A stretch of DNA of 64,000 nt from Octopus vulgaris (Eukaryota): positions 18,476,001 to 18,540,000 of the forward strand of contig OX597841.1 in the NCBI GenBank assembly GCA_951406725.2, written 5' to 3'. A program made the position numbers and the translations under genes. Under the pieces are notes generated by a model that was not told where the DNA came from, searched no databases, and saw only the letters and a program-made list of their open reading frames with translations. The first letter of the stretch is position 1; every line of letters starts with the position of its first letter. Shown here one piece after another: positions 53,020 through 64,000 of this stretch.

Positions 53020-53633
53020 ACACACACATACATACATGCATATATGAATACATACACAGGTATGATAGGCTTCTTATCCAGTTTCTGTCTATCAAATCCA
53101 CTCACATAGTCTCCATCTATGCAATTGCACTCAGTTCACTGGCCAAACCTAAGGTTTCTGCTGAAAGCACTTGCCTAAGGTACTGTGCAGTGAGATTGAA
53201 CTCAAAACTACATGGCAGTGAAAGGAAATTCTTAAATCATGGCTCTTTTTTTTGTTCTTATCAGTATGGCTTAGCTACAAGGGAGCAGGCAGCATTGAAG
53301 GTCTCCGAAACTAGAGATAGGAAGCTATCCACAGACTAGAGAGATTCAACTTGAACACTTCAGCTGATTAAATTCCACTAAAGCCAGGTGCTTGTGTTAA
53401 TCCAAACAGCAGATTAAGTCAATCTACCACCTTACCATTCCACCTCTCTCTATGTATATTTGTGTATGCACGTGCATATGTATATTTATACATACGTACA
53501 TACATACATACAATTATACATACAATCAGACATACATACATACACACACACACACATACATACATACGTACATACATATACATACATGCTCACATACATT
53601 TTGTGGTGCACCTGAGCACTGTATACAATAATT

Positions 53634-53772
<139 letters not shown>

Positions 53773-53793
53773 CATTATACATACATACACACA

Positions 53794-54885
53794 TCTATAT
53801 CTATAAAACTCAAAATGTCTCTGTGTGTGTATGTGTATGCTTTTTATGCATTTCCACATTTTTCATCCGATTTTAATGAAATTTGTCTTATCAAATGGCA
53901 AATTTACCCAGCAGGTCACTGCTGCATTACCGATGCTTCTAGGAGAAAAAATGATAAAACTGAAGGGACCCCTTATTTTTTGCAAAAAAATAGGCAAAAG
54001 TTGCACACAAGAAAAGTTTTTACAAGCACGTTCAAGTTTTATAATTTTGGTGTCAAAAGGACGGTCAGGTTGTGACATTTCAGACAAATATTTTGGTACT
54101 GCTTCAGGGCCTCTGATTCCCAAGAAAATTGCAAAAAACTTTGAAAAAAAAAAATCGATTTTCCACAAGTTTGTGAAGTTACACAGTAAAAACCTTTTTG
54201 CTGGAAAGTTCGATTTCCTTGGTTTTTACATCAAAGGCATCCCCGTGTGACAAAACAATGCAAAAAACTGTGAAACATCACCTTTTCACGTTTTTGCAGA
54301 GTTATACCCAAGAAGGCTGTTTCAAGGAACGCCCAATTTTTTTTTCTTTTGCTTTTTGTTGCAAAAGAACTGTTATTTTGTGTCATTTCTGGAAATTATT
54401 TCTTCTTTGTCCCTTTGCATCTGGGTTCCAGAGAAAGCTGCAAAACACGGACACTCCTCCCCCCCTCCAACTGCTTCACCTTTTTGCAGAGGGCTAGGTC
54501 TAGGTCAACCTTCCACTCACACTTACTCCTTCGTGAGCAAAAATTACTAATGGCACTTAGTTTGCGCCGTTTACACCAATCCCCCGATAATTAGACAATA
54601 TCCTCTCAACACGAATCTAATAGGATAATGCCTGTGATGGAAAGCACTGTGCAATTTGTAAATATTTCCCTCCACCACCATTACCCGAACTTCAAGCACC
54701 TCCTCCAGTGTTTGGTTGTTCAACAAATAAATGCCACTTGGGAAAAATCACTTCTTTCTCAATGTCAATGTTTGCAACTTAACGCAAAAAATATTCAAAG
54801 AGATGTACAACAATAAAGATGGTAGAACCTATTAAGACCATTGCCAAGGATTTAATATCCGAGCAACGCCAGGTACCCCCGCTAG
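53794..54885 (+). mobile_element. Non-autonomous Helitron-like element
   Basis: A|TC start (tctatatctataaaa), subterminal GC-rich ccgagcaacgccagg, CTAG|T end, no TSD. Confidence 0.7.
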
Positions 54886-55597
54886 TACATACATACATAC
54901 ATACATACACACACATACATGCATACATAAACAAGCAAACATATTTGTGTGTGCATGTGTTCTATAAGTATATATATGCGTGTGTGTGTGTATATACATG
55001 CATATTTACATATATACATATTCAACAAATGTATGTTTGTATGTATGTGTGTATGTGTGTATGTAACAGTGGTGTGCAGTTGGGACATGCTAGTCATGCG
55101 CTGCATGTCCGCTGATTTTTGTATAACTCAAAAATCAATTTAAGAATGTAATGTATTTATAACCACATTGAAAATTGTCCAAATCATTGGGAACTGAGCT
55201 AAAACAGTTACTTTGTTTTAAAGGAAACCCATCCAGATTGATACTTCGCTGTGTTTCCATTCTGCTTCCACTATGCTTAAAGAAACCCCCCCTCCTATCT
55301 TTCAATAACTATCATTTCAATGCTTGTAAGATTCTGTTTTGGCTTCACCTCCCTCTCTATTCTTCTTTGTCAACAATTCTTTGTAATTGATGTTGCTAAT
55401 GTGATTGGCTAAATGGTTGAATGGGTTTGACCTTTTGACCTGTGAAAATTCTGACCAAAACATATCAACAAACCCATAATTCTTAATTAATCCGCTCAAA
55501 TGTTGCCATGACTTTGGAATATCTAAGTTTTGAAATTCTTATCATTAACCATCCTCTGTATTGAACAAAAAAAATTCTGAAATCAGAAATATAATGG

Positions 55598-56745
55598 GAT
55601 GGACAGAATTTCTAGTTAACTAAACAATTTAAAACTTTGTATACTGGTAGAATGTGTCAAAAGAAAACATTATTTTCACTTGGCTTTTTTGAGAAAATTG
55701 TAATTTGTAAGTTTAACATAGTTTAATTCTTCGAATTTTAACCAATGAAATACCAGCATTTGAGCTCAAATCATTTGCTGCGTTATCGATATTGATAAAG
55801 AAACGAGACGCACGCCGCATACACACACACACACATATATTCAGATACATACACACGTACACTTGCACACACACACACACACACACTCTGTAATTAATAT
55901 ATAAACGTACACACACATACAAACGGAGATATACATACACACACATACACATCCAAGCATACATACACGTTCATGAGTTCGCACTGGTGTCGATAGAATC
56001 GACTTAATACTTTTGTATCTCATGCTTTGTCCCCTCTGTGTTTTGCCCCTTGCTGCAACAAATTTACACAAAAGGTAAATAAACCAGAAGGCGGGGAGTC
56101 AATGTTTCATCGTTTCGGGGTCAATAAATTAAGTACCAATTACGCACTGGTGTCGAGGATTTTTTTCCCAATTTATATCACAGCCTCCGACAAGCTGGGG
56201 CATCCTTTTATGAAAAAATATTTCGCAGATTTTTACAATACAACCCACACTCCACGCAGACCCTCTAAACTGATTTAGGCATATTATTGTTTTGTTTTTG
56301 TTGTTTTTGGCCCTTCAAAACCATGGGAGAAGCCCTTTCGGTAAAAAAAATAAAGAAAATATTAAAAAAATATCGTTAATATTTTTATTGGGTGATGAAA
56401 TTCATCGATTTAAGAGATATGGCTGTTATTTCTAGAACATGCTTTTTTTATCAATATCGATGAGTGAGACAGACAGAAGAGAAAAGGATGAATAACACGT
56501 GTGTGTGTGTGTGTGTGTATGCTGTTTACGTTGCAACAGGATGTTGTCTGAGTTTTTAGACACAGCAAATGATTTGAGCTCAAATGCTGGCATTTCATTG
56601 GTTAAAATTCGAAGAATTAAACTACGTTAAACTTACAAATTACAATTTTCTCAAAAAAGCCAAGTGAAAATAATGTTTTCTTTTGACACATTCTACCAGT
56701 ATACGAAGTTTTAAATTGTTTAGTTAACTAGAAATTCTGTCCATC
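55598..56745. repeat. 183-bp near-identical inverted repeats around a 780-bp spacer (MITE/DNA-transposon-like)
   Basis: Arms 55598-55780 and 56563-56745. Confidence 0.85.
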
Positions 56746-56989
56746 AAAAGGAAAAGATCCTTTTATCCATCTTTATACTTTGAGTTCAAATTCCATTGAG
56801 GTTGACTTTGCCTTTCATCCTTTTGGGGTCGATAAATTAAGAACCAGTGAAGCACTGGGGTCAAAGTAACCGACTAGTCTCCTCCTCACAGATTTCGGGC
56901 CTTGTCCCTTTGGGAGAAAGGATTATTAATGATGATGATGATAAGAACAACTACAACTACCACAACACTAATAATTATGATAATGATAA

Positions 56990-57022
<33 letters not shown>

Positions 57023-57644
57023 GGTTTATAATTTGTGTTGTTGTTGGTGATATTGTTTTTTAGTTGCAGTTATATCATTGGAATGTCATCTTGAACAGTT
57101 TAGTGAGAAAGTCATCTGATGTGTCTTGTATGAATATGTCATTTAGTATTGTGATGAAGTGAAGGGTTACACAAAGGGGATGTTTAGGAGGATGTAGGGG
57201 TGTGTGGTGCATGAGAGAGAGAGAGAAAAGAATAAATGAAAGCGATAAAAAAGAAAGAGATTTAGAGAAAAAGAGAAATGAAGACTCATTAAAAGAGAGA
57301 AATAAAGAGGGAGAAATATATATATGAAGAGGATGATTGTGAAGTGAGAGGGGTGGGGGTGCAACAAAAAGAGGGGAAGCTCCTACTCATTACTACAGAT
57401 GGTGGTGGGGGTGGATGACAGAAAGCAGGTTGAGGTGACAGGGTGACAGCTGAAAAAAAGAAGATGTTAGGCTGTGATGTGAGCGGGGGGGGGGGGGTTA
57501 TTACTATGACAGCAAGATAATAACCTCAACCTTTGTCAATTGATGTGAATAATAACCATGAAAAAGTACAACAGCATCAACAGCAAAAACATTAAGGAAG
57601 CTGATGAGGAAGATTATTATGACGATATGAAGAGGAATCAGTTT

Positions 57645-57688
57645 TATTACTATTAATTATTACTGAAATTATTATTATTATTATTATT

Positions 57689-57739
<51 letters not shown>

Positions 57740-57763
57740 ATTATTATTATTATTATTATTGTA

Positions 57764-57817
<54 letters not shown>

Positions 57818-57955
57818 GCTTTGTTTTATTCAAGCTGTTCCAAGTCTCACCCAGAGACCTGAAGTAACTGCAAGCTATGGGGGTGGGGATGTTATTTATA
57901 ATTAGCAATATTATTGTAGGGAAATTATTATTATTATTATTATTATTATTATTGC
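57645..57955 (-). mobile_element. Short insert between (TAA/CAA)n arrays, probable 3' tip of a TAA-targeting non-LTR element
   Basis: A unique ~110 bp (57817-57925; minus ggtctctgggtgagacttggaac) is flanked on both sides by TAA repeats. Confidence 0.4.
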
Positions 57956-58926
57956 AATTTTGATGTAAAATACTGCTTTTTTTTTGTCTTTTCCTCATGC
58001 TGTCAAGCCTCAACAAAAGACCCTACACAGAATGTCCCTATGAATATGAGCTGTTTTAAGAAGAAACAGTTTTTTTTGAGCATTTGTATGTCTGTCTTAA
58101 TTCCAGATGGTATTAGAGTTTTTTCAGGAATTGAACCTAATGCTCTAATATGATATTTCACTTTGTTGTTGAGCAACGTTATATTTCTATTATATTGCCT
58201 TATAACATAACACACTCACCGGTAAAATTTCCCCTTTTTTTCCTTATTTTTATTTTCCTAAAATTTTCGTTGCGTCTTAAGGCGCAAAAAGAAAATGACT
58301 CTCCCCAGACACAACATTATATTTCTAATTTTACTTTTAATTAAGCATATTTTGAAACTATTTCCACTTCTTTATCATCGTTATTTTTACCTGAGGAAAT
58401 TATAATGTTTATTATGATGTGTTCTCTCTTTTTTGTGTGGGACATATTTGGTATATGGTGTTCAGTTATTCTCTTTAGATGTCAGGATTCTATAGAATTT
58501 TTTATTTATTAGATTCATTTAAAGCCTTTTCTGGTCCAAGATAGTTCTAATTGTCTGAAGTAAAGCAGCCAGTTTCAATTGAGACAAATCTTATGATATC
58601 ACTTGTATTCATTGTGAGTTGATGTTTTGCAGCTTACAACAATATGGTCCATATTTTCCAATCACTGATTTGTTCATTGTTGACATTTGTTCATTGAAGC
58701 AGGGGCACAAAATACCTTTACTCACTGGACTAATGGTTAGAGCTTCTTTCTTTCAAACTCCAATCTAGAGTCACTTTGCCAATGAGTCATCAGTTTTCAC
58801 ATTTTTGGTGTTTTTGTAGAACTGTTAATGTAACCGTATCACCATCATCATCATCATCATCATCACTATCACCACCACCACCACCACCACCAGCATCATC
58901 ATCGTCGTCATCATCGTCATCATCAT

Positions 58927-60207
58927 GAGTGAGAGAGCAGCGCATGTTCTGAAAGTAACACTGGGACACAAATGCACTCATCATGACTACCCATCTGATA
59001 AGGGTACACCAGGCACATGTATCACAACCATATGTGTGTGACTTGGTGATTTCATATCAAGATAAACAGCACATAACCTTGTGGGTGGGGCCCAGTTAGA
59101 ATTTTCTTCAGGTTGAGTAGCTCATTCTACTCAAAAGGTCCCTGAATAAGGGTTGTTTAAGGATGATGAATTTCTCAAACCCCAAATAATTCCTCTCAAC
59201 ACATGATTACAATGCTCCCCTATTACTTCTGCCTGTAGTCAGAGATTCATATATTGTCAACTTCTAAGGGACATACTCAACTGGTTATGGTCAAACAACT
59301 GACAAGCAAATCTGTGGTATCAAGCAGAATATTTGCTGTAGGCCATCTTTTATATCAAAACAAAACATGTACGTGATAACATTTCCAATCAGATAAGATA
59401 AGCCATGAGAGCCCGTGCTTGGTACTGCATCAGAGCATTTATTACTATTATTGTTATTATTAAGAGAGCAGTGCATGCCATTAAAGTGACACTTGGGTAG
59501 AAATATATGAAGCCCAATATACTTATCATGACTACCTGTCTGATAAGGGTACACCAGGCACATGCATCACAGCCACATGTGCACAAAATGGTGATCTGAT
59601 CAAGATAAACAGCACATGACCTTGCAGGTGGGGCCCAGTTAGAATTTTCATGGTCATTATTATTATTATTATTATTGAGTGAGAGAACAGAGCACGCCAT
59701 CAAAGTGACACTGGGACACAAATATACGAAGACTAGTATACCCATCTGATAAGGGTACACTAGGCACATGCATTACAACCATAGGTGCATGACATGGTGA
59801 TCTCATATTAAGATAAACAGCGCATGACCTTGCAGGTGGGGCCCAGTTAGAATTTTCTTCGGGTTGAGTAGCTCATCCCACTCAAATGGTCTTTGAATAA
59901 AGGTTAAATGAAACACCCAGAGGTTTCCAGAAATGAATTATACAAACCCCAAAGAATTCCTCTCAACGCATGGCTATGGTTCCCCTCCACTACTTCTGCT
60001 TCTGATCAGAGATGCACATATCATCAGCCACTAAGGGACATGCTCAACTGGTTAAGGTCAAACAACTGACAAGCAAATCTGTGATATTGAGCAGAGTATT
60101 TGCTGTAGGCCATCTTTTATACCAAGACAAAACAATGTACATGATAACACTTCCAATCAGTTAAGATCAGAAGCCATGAGGGCCACTGCCTGGTACTACA
60201 TCAGGGC
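58927..60207 (-). mobile_element. Three tandem copies (two ~520 bp, one ~190 bp) of an unclassified non-coding element separated by (TAA)n
   Basis: 58927-59440, 59462-59650 and 59676-60207 share gagagagcag...ctgataagggtacac...ggggcccagttagaattttc. Confidence 0.8.
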
Positions 60208-60696
60208 TATTATTATTATTATTATTATTATTAAGGTGGTGAGCTGGCAGAATCATTAGCACGCTGGATGAAATGCTTAGTGGTATTTCGTCTGTTGTTC
60301 GCAGGTACGTTCTGAGTTCAAATTCTGTCTTGCCGTGTTTAGGTGGGTAAAAGAAAGATTCGACTTTGCCTTTCATCCTTTCAATTCGATAAATTAAGTA
60401 CAAGTTACGCACTGGGGTCGATGTAATCGACTTAATACTATGTCTGTCCTTGTTTGTCCCTCTGTGTTTAGCCCCTGTGGGTAATAAAAAATAGTTTGTC
60501 TGCTGCTACGTTCTGAGTTCAAATTCCTCGAGGTCGACTTTGCCTTTTATCCTTTCAAGTCGATAAATTAAGTACAAGTTATGCACTGGGGTCGATGTAA
60601 TCGACTTAATCCATTTGTCTGTCCTTGTTTGTCCCCTCAGTGTTTAACCCCTTGTGGGTAATAAAGAAATAGAAATAGGTATTTCGTCTGGTTGAC

Positions 60697-60826
60697 ATTA
60701 TTATTATTATTATCATTATTATTATTATTATCATTATTATTATTATTATCATCATTATTATTATTATTATCATTATTATTATTATTATCATTATTATTAT
60801 TATTATCATCATTATTATTATTATTA

Positions 60827-60917
<91 letters not shown>

Positions 60918-60997
60918 CATCATTATTATTATTATTATCATTATTATTATTATTATTATCATTATTATTATTATTATCATCATTATTATTATTATTA

Positions 60998-61047
<50 letters not shown>

Positions 61048-61088
61048 TATTATTATTATTATTATTATTATCATTATTATCATTATTA

Positions 61089-61135
<47 letters not shown>
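60697..61135. repeat. (ATT/ATC)n microsatellite
   Basis: Direct reading. Confidence 0.95.
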
Positions 61136-61136
<1 letters not shown>

Positions 61137-61433
61137 CAAAGTTATTACTTGTTAATTTAATTAGCGGCCATGTTATCTTGAGGTTTGATGACAAGTCTCC
61201 TCAAATCTGAAGTAACTTTTTTAGGATTCTTTCAGAATACGGAATGGCACTTTTCTGCAGGTCAGCAAAGAGAGTTTCAAATGCAAACATCTTTCAATCT
61301 TTTTGGTAGCATTTTGGGGGTTGTGCCAAGTTACACCAATTACCAAAGAAATAATTATTGGCTTCCTCTTCCACAATCTCTTCACTCTATGGCTAAGACT
61401 ATTTTTTTTTTCCTTTTTTGCTATTATTGTCTA

Positions 61434-61484
<51 letters not shown>

Positions 61485-61760
61485 AACTGCTGCTGCTGCT
61501 GCTGCCGCCGCCACCACCACCACCACCACCACCACCACCACCACCACCACCACCACCACCACCACCACCACCACCACCACCACCACCACCACCACCACCA
61601 CCACCACCACCACCACCACCACCACCACCACCACCACCACCACCACCACCACCACCACCACCACCACCACCACCACCACCACCACCACCACCACCACCAC
61701 CACCACCACCACCACCACCACCACCACCACCACCACCACCACCACCACCACCACCACTGC
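61434..61760. repeat. Graded compound trinucleotide array (TAC)n-(TGC)n-(CGC)n-(CAC)n
   Basis: Direct reading. Confidence 0.95.
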
Positions 61761-61999
61761 TACTGCTTTGATACCCACCACTTTACTGACAGCAGAAAAG
61801 CAAAATTGAAATCGTCGGTCGATTTAAATGCCGCCTTTAATATAAAATATATTCAGTTTAAATAGAAAGAGTCTTTGAAAGAATTCCTAAGTAATTAGTT
61901 AAACTTCTATTTTGATTTTCAGACAAATAGATATTACATTAGGTGCATTTTAATTTGGCTAATTATAGAAATTTACAATTCTTTGTGATAATAGATAAT

Positions 62000-64000
62000 C
62001 AGTCATGAAACTGGTGCATCGGATAATACTCAGAGGAAACCGAGGGTTTTGTGGCCTGCTGCTAATGAGAAAGTGAAATATAAAGAGTTTGAAAACAAGG
62101 TTTCTCGGACTCTTTATAAAATGACAGGCTCTACAGTGGAGAAACTGGGAAAATTATCAAGCTCAATATACGATATAGGAAAAGATTTATTTGGAATAAA
62201 AGAGAATATCCGACTAGAGAAAGGAAAGTGTGGACCAAGCAGGAGGATCAGAAAAATGCAGCAGTTGAGGAAGGAAAAGTCCGACTTAAGAAAGCGATGG
62301 AGATGTGCTGCACTAGATGAGAAGCCTGGCCTAGCGTTGCTGTATAACGATTTGAAGAGGAAATGTCGTTATGTGCAACGACATATCCGCCGATATGAGC
62401 GTCGAAAAGAAAGTAAAAGGACTCGGGGGCAGTTTCTGAAGGACCCGTACGGGTTTACTAAGAAGCTGTTCACTGGACCGAAGAGTGGTACTTTATCGTG
62501 CACTAAAGAAGAATTGGATGCTCATATCAAGGAAACCTACAGCGATCTGCACCGTAATCAGCCGCTGCCACCTCTACATGGGCTAAATCATCTCTCAGGA
62601 CCTGATATCGAATTCCAGATTGGGGATATCAGGGAGAGAGAGGTGAATGACTTCGTAAGAAAAGCTAGAGCAAAGAGTGCCCCAGGAGGTGATGGCGTCT
62701 CATATAAAGTCTACAAATACTGCAATCATCTGCGAAAGAAGCTCTTCGTCCTAATCCGACAACTGTGGCGCAAGGAGACTATAGTAGAGGATTGGTGTAA
62801 GGCAGAAGGTATATACCTGCCGAAAGAGGCCAATGCAAAGACCATAAAACAGTTTAGGCCAATATCCTTATTGAATGTGGAAGGCAAGATCTTTATGGGA
62901 ATTCTGTCGAGGAGAACAGTGGCATATTTACAGAGTAACGGATATGTTGATGAATCTGTTCAAAAAGCCAGAATCCCTGGGATCCCTGGATGCGTTGAAC
63001 ACTGTTTTTCGATTTGGAAAGCGATCCAGGATGCCAAACAGAACAAGAAAGTCTGAACGTGGTATGGCTCGACCTAGCTAACGCGTATGGTTCAGTGCCA
63101 CACAAATTACTAATAACAGCCATGGACCACTTCCACATTCCTGACAAAGTGATCAAAATAATGAGGATGTACTATGAAAGTTTCGAAATGAGGTTTACAA
63201 CTGGAAATTTTACAACAAATTGGCACCGATTGGAGGTTGGCATTGCTGCTGGCTGTACAATATCTGTCACATGGTTTATCTTAGTCATGGAGTTGATTTT
63301 GAAAGGTGTAGATTTTTCGGAACAAATCGCCCATGTACAATCGCCTAAGAAAGCCTTCATGGATGACGTGACACTTCTAGCTACAGATAAACAAATCATG
63401 CAGAATGCCCTTTTGAGATTAGACGAACTTGTAAGGTGGTCAAGGATGCGATTTAGAGCGAAAAAGTCGCGTAGTCTGACATTTGTTAAGGGAGTGCAGA
63501 AAGAATTTAAATTTCGGATATCTGAAGAAAGCATTCCAACAGTCAAGGAAGAGCCTGTCAAGAGCTTGGGACAAGTATACGCTGGAACATTGTCAGACAG
63601 AAGTCGTGGGATTGAAATTATGAAACAGGCCGAGGCTGGGTTATCAGCGATTGATAATTCGAAGTTACCAGGTAAATATAAAATTTGTTGCTTGCAGTTC
63701 AGCTTGTACCCGCGTCTTGCGTGGCCACTTTTAATATACGAAGTAGCATTGTCACGAGTTGAAAAGATTGAACAAAAATGTAATGTGTTCATTAGAAAGT
63801 GGCTAGGTCTACCTCGTATGTTGAACAGCTCAGCTCTTTATCGTAAAAGAGGTTCGTTGCAGTTACCAATAGCATCAATAGTCGAAATATATAAGTTGGG
63901 GAAGATACGGACGGTCATGATGCTGAGAGAATCGAAGGATATGGAAATCAGGCGTAACCCACCAGAGGTGAAAACAGCCAGGAAGTGGAAAGCAGAAGCA
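62000..64000 (+). mobile_element. HERO-like RLE non-LTR retrotransposon, 5'-truncated, continuing beyond the window; one frameshift near 63050
   Basis: WPAAN, FLKDPYGF, SAPGGDG, FRPISLLNVEGKIF, GCVEH. The shifted frame then reads VWLDLANAYGSVPH, GIAAGCTIS, AFMDD, KKSRSL, PVKSLG and stays open to the window end. Confidence 0.85.

Overview
AT-rich, extremely microsatellite-dense eukaryotic DNA. It is probably a coleoid cephalopod such as Octopus (inferred from the SINE/LINE families and the (TA)n/(CA)n/(TAA)n load). No confidently identifiable host gene is present, and nearly all listed ORFs are microsatellite read-throughs. Real coding content is transposon-derived: a nearly intact, 5'-truncated R4/Dong-type RLE non-LTR retrotransposon (1-3402, minus, joined to a (TAA)n array), a HERO-type RLE element running off the right end, decayed CR1/L2-type and RTE LINEs, Penelope-like (PLE, GIY-YIG) fragments, a DD37D/maT-like Tc1/mariner, a Tigger relic, Helitron-like elements and several tRNA-derived SINE families. 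The most striking structure is a recurrent class of asymmetric foldback (hairpin) insertions, mostly lying inside (TA)n tracts. There are at least 11, from several unrelated sequence families, and many carry minimal type-I hammerhead ribozyme motifs. About 16 such motif copies were read by eye, intact to decayed, several with non-canonical cores (CCGAYGA, CUGAUGCA). One family can be traced in the window to the 3' end of a PLE ORF, so these look like a large non-coding, ribozyme-bearing, PLE-dependent element system. All alignments were done by eye and need computational confirmation.
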